DNA of 64,000 nucleotides from Vairimorpha necatrix (Eukaryota), in the NCBI GenBank assembly GCA_036630325.1, contig CP142728.1:1-64000 (forward strand), in the 5' to 3' direction. A program made the position numbers and the translations under genes. The notes under the pieces are model-generated. The model did no database searches, was not told the origin of the DNA, and saw only the letters and a program-made list of their open reading frames with translations. The first letter of the stretch is position 1, and each line of letters begins with the position of its first letter. This document shows positions 12,815 to 26,450 of this stretch, piece by piece.

Positions 12815-15800
12815 TGTTAACCATTTATTTATTAAGGGTTCTAAACCCTACATCCCCCCTCCAGACGGGTAGTCTCTCCATCTTCTAAACAACTCTTCCT
12901 TATCTCTTTCAAATCATAATGCCTCTTTTTAACAATTTTACCATCCAGTAGTCTCACAATATATGAATCATTTTCACTTATAGCTACGATCCTTCCGCGA
13001 CCCGTGAATCTTCCCTTGTCTGTTTTCGCACGTGTACCTAAATTTTCTCTCCTAGCGATTCTTACCTCTTGGCCTACTGTAAATGTCTCTCTGTGTCTTC
13101 TCTTGAACCGACCAGCATATTTTCCATTTTCATCATTTTCAATTATAACTTCAGCAGTTTGATCTCTCCACGCTTCCATCGGCGTACATTTTATTGCTGT
13201 ATGTAGTTTATTATTATATCCTTTGATTGCTCTTTCTATCTTTTCAGAAATATTCTCATCATTTTGCTTTATCAATGTCTCTCTTATAGTTCTGATGCAT
13301 CTCTCGATTCTACCATTACTCCTATGAGCTTCTAAGCCCACTTTCCTATGTTTAATATCATTAATACTACACCATTCTTTAAATCTATTACTTACAAACT
13401 CTTTTCCGTTGTCTGTCACATATTCCTCTGGAAATCCATCTTCCCTTATCCACTTTTGTAATACCTCTATAACTTCACTACTCTCTTTACATCTCAAATT
13501 CGAACCCCACAACCTTCTAGTAAAGTAATCAATACCCAGTAACACATACCTATTCTCTCCACCTATGTCTATTAAATCCAACGCCACTTTCTCCAATTTC
13601 TTTCTAGTTACTGCGAAATCACATCCTCCTGTGTTTTCCTATTGTTAATCCCACATATTTCACAATTCTTAATTACCTTATTAATATGATCTTTCATACC
13701 AGTCCAATACCATCTTTGTTTAATGTTATAATAAGTGCCTTTGACACCTCTATGGTTTAACTCCTCATGTACTCTTGTTATTTCATGTTCTCTACTATCT
13801 AGGCTCAATATCTCTTTCACCTCACCTGTGGAAAATTCCCAATACTGTTTACCGTCCTTTTCTTTAATATGTTTCTGCTTTTTTCCCAAAATTTGTTTTT
13901 CGATCACTTCTTTTCTCTTGTTGTCCTTTTCTTTTTGTTCATCCGAAACTTCTACCTGATCATACTGCCTACTTAACGCATCTGCATCTGTCATCAACTC
14001 CCCTTTCACATATTCTATTGTAAAGTCAAACTCTTGTATCTGTTCTACCCATCTGTTTATTCTGTTATTATTGAAGTATGGCTTATTTCTGATCTCTGCT
14101 AATGCTTTATGATCCGTCATCAAATGAAATTTCCTTCCTCTCAAATCACTTTCAAACTTCTTTATTCCAAAAAAAACACCGCCAACATCTCCTTCTCACT
14201 TATCGTATATCTTCGCTCGGTAGGAGTCAACATTTTCGATGCCCATTGTATCGGAATCCACTCATCCTCTTTATTTTCTTGTAATAGAATTGCTCCGATC
14301 CCCGTATCACACGCATCAGTTCTTACTCTAAATAGCTTTTTTCCGTCCGGAATCTTCAACTTTTTCATATCTCTCAAGCCTTGCTTCATATCCTCAAAAG
14401 CTCTTTCCATATCCTCCGTCCAATTCCACTTAACATCTTTCTTTAAAGCCTCAGTAAGCCTTACTGTTCTATACGCATAGTTGGGAATAAAGTCTCTAAA
14501 CCAACCAGTTAGTCCTAAAAATCTTCTTAACTCTCTAACATTCTCAGGTTTTCTATATTCCAATGTCTCCTGCTTTTTAATCTCATTCGGTCCCATGACC
14601 TCCCCATTAATTGTTACTCCCAGCAACATCACCTCATCTTTTTTGTATTGTATCTTTGTTTGGTTTATTCTCAACCCACACTCTTTAAACTTTTTAATTA
14701 CCCTCTCTAGTAACTCGTCATGCACTCTTACGTCTTTACCATGAATAACTATATCATCCATATATACTTCCACGCCTTTACCTCTGAATTCATCTAAAAC
14801 TCTGTTCATTACTCTCTGCATTATATGAGGCGAATTCTTAAACCCCATAACCATACTATTCCATTCGTATACTCGACCATTCACTTCAAATGCTGTTTTG
14901 TGCTTATGGTGCTCCTCAATCTCAATATGATAAAACCCTTCTTTTAAGTCGATAACCGTAAATACTTTTGACCCCTGTGTGGCTCTCATAATATCCTTAA
15001 TTAACGGTAGTGAGTACGGGTCCTTGTCAACCAAATCGTTTAACGCCATCAAATTGCTTACCAATCTTACGTCCCCATTTGGTTTTTCAAGTGCTCTTAT
15101 TGGACTCCTCCACTCACTTTTGGAACGTCTTATAACCCCTCTATTTTCCAACTTATTCAAGTACTCCTCAAATTTCACCCTAAGGTAGTATGGCACATTC
15201 TGCCCTCTTTTCACAACCTTTTCACCTTGCTTAGTATTTATTGGACACTTCTCTCCTGTGAGATATTTTATCTTTTCTTCTGATTCTTTAAAAACTTCCG
15301 GATACTTTTCAATTAAATTTTCTAACTTATTTACTGTTTTACATCTTTTCCCTTCATTGTTGATAATTGGTTCTTTCTGTAAAACTTGTTCCTTTTTAAT
15401 TTTATATTTTTCCCTACCAGCTACACTTTCATGACATTCTATAGCGTAATGCCCTTCTTTCTTACATATAAAACATTTTGTAGTTTCTCTGATTTCTCTT
15501 CTTTTCCTATACATCCTAAGATTTTCTTTTCTTTCTTCCCTAAACTCTTTCAACACTTTATCCATAATCTCTTTAATCATTTCTTGTCTTTCTTCTGACT
15601 CTCTCTCAAATTCTGCTCCTTTTTGTAAGCCTTTATAAATTTCCTCCCAACTGCTCCTTCCGTCACAAAAATTTTCAAAAATATAATCCTGCAAGTTCGC
15701 AGATGCCAAATCCATAACATCTTTCCACTCAACTTTCTCAACTTTCAATATTAACTTTAGTCTCTTATCTATCCTAATTGCCTCTTTCTCTAATGTTCTA

Positions 15801-15890
15801 GCCTCTTGACTACGGGACTCTCTTGTTTCCCTGTTCATCCTTGTGTTCGCCATGTTAACCATTTATTTATTAAGGGTTCTAAACCCTACA
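12815..15890 (-). mobile_element. Young Ty3/Gypsy LTR retrotransposon, 3076 bp, 38-bp LTRs
   Basis: Identical LTRs at 15853-15890 and 12815-12852 (minus strand TGTAGGGTTTAGAACCCTTAATAAATAAATGGTTAACA); TSD TAATA at 12810-12814 and 15891-15895; PBS TGGCGAACAC; PPT GGAGGGGGGA at 12853-12862. Confidence 0.97.
12841..15862 (-). CDS. Gag-Pol polyprotein (CCHC, RT, RNase H, integrase); frameshifts in homopolymers at ~14170 and ~13635; no recognisable protease
   Basis: Motifs CFICKKEGHYAIEC; YMDD; TDAC/EKEM/TDH/ADAL; HEELNH..CEIC; LDLID/TDNGKEF/NGRIER. The start ATG lies in the 5' LTR and the stop TAG (12841-12843) lies in the 3' LTR. Confidence 0.93.
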
Positions 15891-16283
15891 TAATATTAAA
15901 AATAAATTCAATGTTTTAATTTGACTATTCCAAGTGTGTATACTATGTGTTAATACATTTTAATTATGATTGTTATTTTCGAAAAGCTTGGTCCCAAAAT
16001 ATCGTCAGAATCGTTTTTTAGAATTTATTTAACCCTTCTAGAAAAATTCACAAAAACATGTTAAAAAAAAAAAGTTGAATATAAGTGTCAAAACTTGAGC
16101 TTAGAAGTTCCAAAAATTATCTCATTATAATAATTAAATGTTTTTAGATCGACTTTGCTCTTTATATGTTACTAAAAAGTATTTTTAAAATCATATTTTC
16201 TCCTTTTTAAATTCATTCATCCCAAAATGGAAACTTAACAAGATTAAAAGGGGAAATACATATTTCCAAACAAAACATTTAGA

Positions 16284-16315
16284 TCCCGTTTTCAAAACGG
16301 GAAAGCATACGCTAG
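16284..16315 (+). mobile_element. Helitron-like 3' terminus (hairpin followed by CTAG)
   Basis: Palindrome TCCCGTTTTCAAAACGGGA (16284-16302), then CTAG at 16312-16315 followed by T, which matches the canonical Helitron 3' end. The 5' end was not identified. Confidence 0.6.
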
Positions 16316-18031
16316 TTATAATATATAAATATTATTTGTATCACTTCTAAAACAGTGGTATATTGATCGTAAAAGTAATTCCATTTATTTTCTTTCGTAC
16401 TTATACCAAGTGAAAAAGGGAAAGATCAAATTAAAATTATCTTGTTATTACCTACGTTGTAAATTTAGAAAGATTGTAGAGTTCGTTTTAAAAATATTGA
16501 TTCTTATAACCAATATGCTCCTTCTTATTTAACCTTATATTTCTCTGTTCTTCATAGATTAAACTTTGCTACTTTTAAGTTAGAAGGCTAAAAATATTTT
16601 GCCATTAATAATGTTATGATTGTGTACTTGCTTCATAGATATTCCTTGCCCTTCATATACAAACTTCTTTTTTTTATTTTTATTGTAATGATTTTTAGCC
16701 ACGTAAGTTAAAGTTTAATTATTTTGCATAGATAAACATATAAAAACATTTATTTTTTGTTGTATTATTCGTGTGTTGGAACGTTGCTGGTGAATATTTG
16801 ACAGAGTAAACTTTGACAACTGTCCTTATGATGTAATCGTTACTACACACTTCCATGAAGCCATGTATTTAGTTTATCAAGTTTTGGTTTTTAAAATTTA
16901 TTTAAATACTTTAATGCATATACCTTATTGTTTTAGATAGATTTATAATCTTATTTCTTGTATATAAATATTTCCTAATTCTTTCAACAAATATATTGTT
17001 AGACTAAATTATATGTCTTAAATGATTGATATATAGAGTATGGCATTTCTTGATATTAAATCACTCAATTATTGAGTTTTAATGTCTTTTTGAAAGAATC
17101 TAATTTACTTGTTTTGAAAAATATGTTTTTATCTTGCAAAAAGAAATAAATATATAGTTTAATAAACGTATTGTGTCCAAAGCCGATTAAATATGTTTAA
17201 CTTTACTTCAATTTTTTATTTTTATGTCGATTCTGCACATAATGCGTTTCATAATTATTTTAAATACTGCAAATTATATACTTATGTACTCATACGAAAA
17301 GACAAAGAAATCTAAATTTCTTAAAATATTAATTATACAGATATTTACGTTGGCAACCTCTAAAAAATGTACTAAATTGTGCAAGAAATAATTTTCGAAA
17401 TAACAATTATAATATTTATTAAGATGTATCAGGCTGCAGACCTGCACTGACGATACGGCTTCCAATTAAATAATGATTATTGGTGCTGTCAATATCTCAG
17501 AGCATTGTAAATAAACATTAGACATGTTTGACATTCACAAACTAAAAAGAAGAAAAGTGCATGTCACATGAAGTACTACGTATTTAGTAGAACTTCGGTT
17601 TCTTGTTTTTTTGTTTACATCTCAAAGAGTTTGATAGTTAATCTAATTGACTATTTAAACGATTTACTCCTGACCCACAATTCCGATGAGCGGGAAACAA
17701 GAAAATATTATAAATCAATATGTTAGTTTAGACTCACCCTCTTCTACTTCGGATCAGGTTACATGCTGGATCATAAGATGTGTAGATACTCCATAAAGAA
17801 AAAAAAATTATTAATTTGTCATATATTAATTTTTATGTTTAATTGTTTAATTCATATCTAAATATGAAAAATATAGTTTTTTTCATAAAATAAAATAATT
17901 AATTTCATTGTTATAATATATATAAACAATCTTTACAAACAAATACAACATACTTACTAATATTTTTCTAAATAAAAAATGAATCATTCGGGATATGCTA
18001 ATAGTGTTTCATATTTCTAGTATATTCTGAA

Positions 18032-18190
18032 TAGGTTCCGCGTTAGCATCTCCTGTTTGTGGGCAGCTTCTCGGCTCGTAGTCCTTTTCAAATCGGAACA
18101 TGTACATCTCTTCGGTAGTCTGTTGGAATGATTTCGTTTGCCTTCTCTGTTAATCATCTGTATGTACGCTTCTACTTTCTTAGAGTATTT
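18032..18190 (-). mobile_element. 3' fragment of probable RLE-type non-LTR retrotransposon
   Basis: Minus-strand translation KKVEAYIQMI; shares the terminal motif GTTAGC(A/G)TCTCCTG(T/C)TTGT with 27723 and 36170. Family assignment is from motif recall. Confidence 0.6.
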
Positions 18191-20299
18191 GATAGTTTAA
18201 CCTATTTTTTATTTTATATAAAACAACAATATTTATATTATATTATATTTTTATTCAAATGTATAGATATCTTCTTTATTATACTCTATAAACTATCTTA
18301 TTTAATTTTTTATATATCATTTTTGTTTAATCATAATATATTTAAAATATTTTTTTTAAAATATTTTCCTTAAATGAAGATAATTTCAGATCTCAAAATA
18401 TTAAATTAAATATTACAAAAAGATTAGTTTCATTAAATATAATGCACAAGATTAATATGAACCTTACATCGATAAAAAATATTAGAATTTTACAAGGCTT
18501 GATCTGATGATTTATCCTTCATTTAGTATTTATTGTAATATAATCCGTTGTTTTAATTATCTTTATCATTAAAAAAAAAGCAAAATTCATTACGGACTAC
18601 CAAATTACTACACACCTTCTTTTACATGGCCAACATGTTTTTTCTGAATATATTTTTATTTATACTAAATTCTAAATTTTACTGATATATATATATATAT
18701 ATATAAAATAATCATTCTTATTTATTTATAAAAATTTATATCATATACACGTTTTTATGATATTTTTATTTATTAAACTCATTAAAATTATTCATTATAA
18801 TAGAATGACAGTCTTTAATTTGGTATTTATATAATGTTCTAAATATTTATAACTTTACATTTGAAGCCTTTTGTTCTACTGATTCATCTTAATTATAACT
18901 GTAAACAGTTTATATGATAATTTGCTATCTATTTATTACTAATATATTATCTAAACTTGAATGTTAACTAATAAAGACTTTCAAAGCTGATATAGAAGCT
19001 TTGTCTGCATGCTATTACAATGTGGTTTTTCGAGAAAAATATACTATTATCATCATTTAGTGTATCCACAAACTTTTAAATTTTATTATATGCTAAAATT
19101 CTTATCTAATAATTTTGCTTTCGATTGTATTGAATTTTTCGTAAAGTTAATGATCTTTCATTAGATAATATTTCTAGACATTCTCTTCTTTTCTCATAAT
19201 ATTACTCTCTTCCTAACTTTTATTTTTTTCCATGTAAGAAAAGAGAGAACCATTACATAGAATTTTGTTAACAATGAATTTAACCTCATACGTTTAGTGT
19301 AGTAGTTTATTGATAAATACCAATTTGAATTCTCATACCCTTTACAGAAAGTATATATTGAATAATTTTTTCGTTTCAGAACATATGTTTTTATCTATCT
19401 TTAAATTACATCGTCAAGATTCAATGCTGATAAGAAACTAAGATTTAAATAAATTCTAAATTTCGAAAGCATGTACATAATTAACTTACACGAATGTCAC
19501 TTATCATTTCATGAACCTTTTACGGGACTTCTAACATTACTAAAATTCGATCCTGCTTTCTACGAACTGCTTTGACCACCAGTTATTAGAATTTCGGAAA
19601 ATGGAAATATAGAATCGTCAAAAGAAAAGAAGATGCTCCTAGATAAATTCTTCTAGTCGTTTTTTCACCATTAACAAATTTCATTAAACACTGCATCGAG
19701 ATTGTTTTTTAAAAAACTGGCCTCTTTTTGAAAACACGGTCATTTAAACATCATTTCATTTCTAGTTGTAAGTGAAGTTGTTCATTAATAGTAAAGTTCT
19801 ATTTTTGTATTTTTTGAAGCTCATTTTTACATAAAATTTTTTAATGATTTCCAAAATAAACTTCGTCGTACGGGGAACGAAAAAAATTTTTTCAAAAACC
19901 CCGAAATTAGAAAGTCATTGTTTTAAGGCTTAGTTACAATATTTTTTTTCTAGTGACGTTAATCTTAAAGATAAAGGACTGGATATTCATTTTATATCTC
20001 ATATTTATTTTCAAAATGTTCTATATATTCAGTGTCTACTACAAAAATTAAAAATTAAAAATAGTTATTAAAAGCTACTTTATACATAATTACTTTTTAT
20101 TTTTAATACAATAATCATCTCTAATTTATATAGAACATTCGCTTTCAGTTTATTAATACTCTATATGTAAATTTTCCTTATATTACACTCTTGATTATGT
20201 AATTGTATCGAAAAACGGTTTGTATTTTTGTTTTAAACTTAATATTTTTTTATCCACTCTATATATATTGCTGATGCAAGTTTAATTTCAATTTATTAA

Positions 20300-21650
20300 C
20301 TTAAAAATTTCTACATAGATAGTTTTATGTCTATAATGCAAGTTGTTTTTGATTTTTACGAGTGTGTTAGATTTGCATCATTTTGATCCTTGTATTATAT
20401 TTTTATTGTGGATACGTTTCTTGTCATTTTCAAATAATAATTAAAAATATAAATACTTGAATTATTAAATTTAACATAATGTATTTTTTAACTAAGAATT
20501 TATCTTATTTTTAATTTTACACAGATACATTGAATCATGCAGCTTAACATAATAATCTAAACTTATAACAAGTTGATTATATTAATTCGACATTAATTGT
20601 ACGTATTAAGCGTATTTCATCTAGGTTTTATAAGGTAATTTTCATATTTATTTCTTGTCTAGATTTTATCTACAACTGAGATTTATTAAAACAAAATATC
20701 TCTATTAAAGAAACAGATCCATTCCAATCTAAAAATATTTAAAGATTATCAAATGTTTAACCTTATGTTTTGTTATACGATAGAGGATTTGGTTCGGATT
20801 TACGGAACAAACAAATAATAATGACAGTATTTCTATTTTAATAATGATATATATGATCCTTGTCCTTTATACGAGGAATGAAAGCTATTGATTCATCTAA
20901 AATAAATGTTGGACTGTTTTTCAAAGAAAATGTTTCTTTTATTTTGTAAATATTAATTTCTCGCATATATATATTTTCGCCTTTAATATTATAAATGGCT
21001 TGAACATAACATCAAAATTTTTATTGTAAGAAATGACATTTCGATAATCTTTCATCTAGGGATTTGTTTTTCTGCCAAATTAAAATTGTGTACGGAATTT
21101 GGTTTTAGAAATTAGAAATAAGGATGAAACGAGTTAATTTGTTCTATGCATTGTTTATTTTGTGTCAAATATTTTAAAGTAACTTATAATGTGAATATAA
21201 TGTCTTTTTCCTTTTTTTATAGAACATAAATAAAATATGTGCATTTTTTATAAAAATTTAATTTACAACCAAATCAATCCCAGAAAGGTTCAGTCAAAAT
21301 TTATGTCTGCAATTATTAAATCCATGGTATAATATCTAATGTGAAGAATAATGATGATTTAGTGTACAGTTTTATAACTATTTTAAGATCTATAATCTTT
21401 TTATTTGTTTTCTTTTCTAAACAATATATCTTTCTCTTCTCTATTTGAATTGTGTATGATTTAGATAGTCTAATTATATGAAAACAAAAAGTATATCTAT
21501 TAGGGGGTGTAATTCAAAAATATATCAATTTAATTATTTTTTAGATATGTTATATTTAAATGATCATTCACTTCATCTTTGAAAAATATTTTCATCTGTG
21601 GAATATGTAAAAAATATAGTAATATAAAATATAAATTTTTCATCGTTAAG
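20300..21650 (-). pseudogene. Decayed member of a multicopy host gene family, paralog of ~49300-50500
   Basis: Colinear shared blocks, e.g. TTTAATATT(A/G)TAAATGGCTTGAAC at ~20982 and ~49838, TTTTTATAAAAATTTAATTTA at ~21245 and ~50089, TTAGATATGTT at ~21541 and ~50395; no long ORF; strand and boundaries are approximate. Confidence 0.45.
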
Positions 21651-23254
21651 ATTATATAATTTCACAATAAAGCGTTAACGTAATGAAATCTAAACATATC
21701 AAATATTAAATTGCGGATTTCTATTACTCTATTGTATATATGTTGTAAAAAAATGATTTTATTTTCAATCAAAATCACAAATAATTTTAATCTCGTTATT
21801 TCCAATATATATTTCCTTTATTTTTCAACTTTTGTTCATTTTACCCCTTAATAGAAATGATTATTTCTCTTCTATTATTTATTGTAGGTCAAAATCTCTA
21901 TAATCAGTCCTACAGAATATTAATAATAGTACATATACACTGACATTATATTTTTAAAACATAAAGATACGTAAATTTTCTTTTTTTAATTTGTCTTTTA
22001 TTTTATTTTTAGGTTTTTGGCTATTCCCTGACAAAAAGAACAATAGTTTGATTGTTTACAATACTTAATTTTCATCGATTGGGTTCTTTAATATAATTTG
22101 TTTACTCTTTTTACATATGAAATATTTTTTCTTTATTAATTAATCGAAATTATCATAACTCAGAAACTTAAAATTATCTTATGTTATATTATTAAAATAC
22201 GTTTTTGTTCATTATGTTAAGTCTGTACGAATAAAATATATGATGTAAATGATTCTGGGGTATTTTATTCTTTTATACATAGATACATATGATTGTTGCA
22301 ATAAATATAAACTTATTGATATGATTTTTATTTCTTAGTATATTTATGTATTTTTATATTAAGCACTTGCCATGTTTATTATATCTACACATAACTTAGT
22401 AAAAATTTATAAATTTTGTTGGCATTTTAAATTTCTAGTATCATATAATTTTTATTTTATATATAGACTTCGAGGTTGATTTACGCCCTAAAGAGGGAAT
22501 AAGTTGATTTATTTAATGTGTTCGTTTTTTCTGTGCTTTTCGATCCTTAATAAGTAATCTTTCCTAGTCTTTCCCTAAAAGTGTCTTGTTTAAGTAAAAT
22601 GCTAATGACTAATTGGAGATATTTGAAACTTAAGAAACATTTGTTATATAAATCTTTATATGTCAACATTACAGATATATACCTGCTCATTTTGCCATCA
22701 AAAGTCAATCATTATTATTGTCTTTTAATATACTTGGAAATAATAGCTATTCCTTTGGAAAGAACGTCTTAGTATGCAAATGACTCGTCACACATGATTA
22801 TTCAATTATGTAGTATTAATGGAAATCTGCTCGAAATACAAATTTCTTAAATCATCTAGTTCGGTTGTTTGGATAAATATCTCCAAAACAATGTATTTAA
22901 CAGTGTTTGTTGAATAAACGATCAAACTAATTATTTATGTTTCTCTATTATATATACTAACTTTACTTTGTTTGCAAGCGATAGATATAATTATAATTTT
23001 TCAATCGTAAAGAATATTAAGTCTGATTTTGAAGTTTTGTACTTACAATACTGTTTATTCTGAATTTAAAAAATAAATTATTTTCGTCTTGTCGATATTA
23101 TTTTCTCTTTTAAATATATATATATACATATACAAATACATTTCTTATTAATAATTAATTGGACGTTTAAAATGTCAAGAATAATTACTTTTAAGCCTTT
23201 TGATAAAGCTAAATTCTTTTGTAATGAATTAATTTGGGGTAATAATTTCCTCAG

Positions 23255-23690
23255 TTAATTATAATGATTTTCTTCTTCATCTTAATACATTGTATATTTA
23301 CTTGTTGTGTTTGAAAAATCTAAAATTTAAATTTCTAAAATTCAAAAATATGACATTTTAGACTAATTATTTTTTCATGAGTTTCTTTTCAGTCTTATTG
23401 TATATATATATGTATATAAAATTTTCCTCATTTTAAAAATGAAAATTTCAAAACTCTAAAATTAGAAATTATTGCAAGTTAGACAAATGTTTTTTCATGA
23501 TTTTATCAACTTCTTATTTTTTATAAATGTGTATATATACTTGTCATCAATGAAAAAAATCAATATTATGTCATTTTAGATAATTTATTTTTTCATGATT
23601 TTATTCTTATTCTTGGTGTTTAAATATATATACTTGTCATCCTTGAAAAATTAAAAATTTGGAAGTTCAAAAAACAAAATTTTGACTTAT
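23255..23690. repeat. Degenerate tandem repeat (~100-120-bp unit, 3-4 copies); dispersed copy at 53100-53260
   Basis: Recurrent TTTTTCATGA..ATATACTTGTCATC..GAAAAA blocks; the 27-bp CATTTTAGACTAATTATTTTTTCATGA is identical at 23354-23380 and 53104-53130. Confidence 0.7.
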
Positions 23691-24385
23691 AGCCTTTATT
23701 TACCTTAAAATTTCAAATTCTTATCGAGGAGAAGAGAAGATGAAATATTATACATGACTCAAAAGAAATTGAGTTAATATTCAATTAAAATAGGGTATTT
23801 CAACTCACTTAACTATTACCCAATACTTGCGCTGCACTATCTCCGACGTAACCATTGGGATTTGATAAGAATATTTTTATATACAAGCCTCTAATCGCAT
23901 CATTAAATCAATAAATATATTAAAACGAAAAATTTTAAAACCTCTGTATAGATTTATCGTATTAATATAATGTCTATATAAAAATAAATCATCTAGATCC
24001 CAGATGGCTCTTTCTCTTACACAGAACACTAAAAGCAAACTTATTAAAATTCTTTGTAACTAATGAAATAATTGAACAGATCTCCATCTTAAACTATATC
24101 TTGTTTGTATAATAACAAACTTTATAAATTTCTACATCAAGAGTGCCATAGTCGGCTTTTAGATCCCTATAGAATATACAGCTATGGTATTTTGAAACAC
24201 AGAAGGACAAATTATACGTGACAAAATTTTGAACTGTGAATATATTTTAGAAATTAATGATCAATTTATTACTAAAGATACTTTTATAATATTTGTTTAG
24301 TCTTTCAATTTGCCAATTTTATTTTATTGACTTCTATATGCCCAACAGCATCTATTTCTACACAGCGAATATAAATTTTAATTTA

Positions 24386-24456
24386 ATTCCCACTGGGAAT
24401 CGAACCTTGGACCTTCGATATCCCAAATCAAGGTGCAACAATTCTGCCAAGCACAC
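24386..24456 (-). pseudogene. tRNA-like relic or SINE head (possibly Pro-TGG derived)
   Basis: The minus strand has an A-box-like TGGCAGAATTG, a TTTGGGA loop and a perfect B box GGTTCGATTCC, but the acceptor and T stems pair poorly. Confidence 0.5.
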
Positions 24457-25289
24457 TTATTTATAATTTTGTTATCCTTTAAGAAAACCAATTATATTTT
24501 CAACTTCCTTTAATTTTTGTTTTCTTTCTATGCATAAAAAAACATTTCATATTAGTCATATTGAAAGATCATTAAATCGAATGAATCAAAAAATAGAACA
24601 ATTTACAATATTAGTTTTATGCTTTCTTATATAAAATAAAATTATATAAGATTTTCTTGATTCGAATTACCTTTCTAATATATATATACTTGTTATACTA
24701 AAAAATAATATACACTTTACACTGCAAAAACGAGTATATATCCGATATTATATACAAAATACTTTTATATGTGACCGCACATTTTAAGATTTACTGGCAT
24801 CGTATTTCAATTTCTCTATTATATCTGGCAATTTTGTTATTCTTATTTTCCATACTCTCTAAAGTAAATTTTTGGAAATAAATTTTGCAACAAGTTAAAA
24901 CTGTCATTTGTAAGAATATGATTGATATGTATTTGATCTTCTACAACTATATATGAACTACATTCTTTTAATAATTCAGACTACAAAATAATAAAAACAT
25001 ATTTATGTGATTTAACTAATATTCTTTATTGAGATTTTGTTTTTCTTAGATACTGTGATGTACATTACTACAACACATGGACAGATGTCAAAAATATGTC
25101 AACCTTTTCGGATGGCATGTCAAGTTGGGTCACACAATCAAACGAAAGTTGCATGGTCGTTACTACATTCGTAAGTACGCCAATGTTTATGTTTAGTGTT
25201 GACAACATATAAAAGATTTATTAGGTTAATTTATCATTAAAGTTAGATTAGCACAGTTTCCCTCGGTATCGCTCACTAGATTCGGCTCT

Positions 25290-25535
25290 TCATAGACTTT
25301 GGTTTCTGTGGAATTATTTATGTTTTTCAACTTCATATTTTGAGTTTCATTCTCCTATACCGACATCGCTTGTTCAACAGTCGCCATATTCGCTAGTGCG
25401 CTTAAAGCTCTAACACTTCTTCTTCTGCATAATCTTTATCGTATCTTGTTCGTCGTTCCAAAAAGACATACTCTGGAGTTTTCTTCATCACATTAGACTG
25501 AATGTATGCTTCCAGAAATGTTTAGATTTCTGCAG
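25290..25535 (-). mobile_element. 3' fragment of probable RLE-type non-LTR retrotransposon
   Basis: Minus-strand translation LEAYIQSNVMKKTPEYVFLERR within a locally GC-richer island. Confidence 0.6.
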
Positions 25536-26160
25536 AATGCAAATAAAATTTAAAATATTTATATATATGTACACAATAATAATATAGTTTAGAAATAATG
25601 AATTCCTAAACTTTTAAATTTTACAACTGTAACTATTATTTTGGAAAAAATATTTTAATTTGACATTACGATTGATTTTTAGTAAAAATTTAATTAAATT
25701 TTGAATTTCTTAAAAAATGTCAAGAGAATTTAAAAAATTTAAAGGCCGTATTAGATTTCAAAAAATATTATCTGGTCATTTTTTTAATTAAGTTGTTACT
25801 CTGTAGACAAAGAAAAATTAATAATAAATTTCAAATAAAGATCATTGAATAAAGAGTAATTAACATATTTGTTTAGTTTTTGATTGTATATTTTTTTAAT
25901 TAATTTATAACAAAAATTTGTTTTATTTTTGCTATTAAATCTTTTAAATTTAAAATCTACGCTCTTTTCTATATTTTGTTTATTTTAAATTTCCCTCCTA
26001 AAATATTAAATAAAATTTTTTTGTTTATGGGCAATGAGAAATCAAAAATTGGATTGGTGCAATAAAGAGATGAGTTAAGTTTGGAATGACAATGAAAATT
26101 GTGAAATTAATAGTACTGTAAAAATAGATTATTATTTAATATCTAATCCAGAACAGTCAA

Positions 26161-26450
26161 TTTTTTTTCTGCTAGTGTAATAATCTTTAAATTTTATGAT
26201 CATGATCTTTTTTTTAGCAAATGATTATTATACGAATTATATACTTCAGAAATTTGAGTACCGTTAGTTATACCAACTTCAATGGACAAGACCTTATAGC
26301 GCTTGCGCATCCCACGTGTCGCGAGAAGTTGAAAAGTTGGAATACAAATGTAAACTCAAATTTCCGAAGTATTAAATTGTATAATAATCATTAGCTGATA
26401 AATAAGATCATGAGCATAAAATAAAAAAAAAATACATTAACAGTGAAAAA
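26161..26450. mobile_element. Foldback/MITE-like element with ~120-bp imperfect inverted arms
   Basis: Left arm ..TCATGATCTT..AATGATTATTATACGAATTATATACTTCAGAAATTTGAGT matches the reverse complement of ACTCAAATTTCCGAAGTATTAAATTGTATAATAATCATT..AAGATCATGA; a ~45-bp GC-rich spacer separates the arms. Confidence 0.75.

Noticed and set aside
13735-15598. Antisense ORFs over the retrotransposons and over the 729-aa gene
   Set aside because: These are shadow frames of real coding strands, with no independent motifs.
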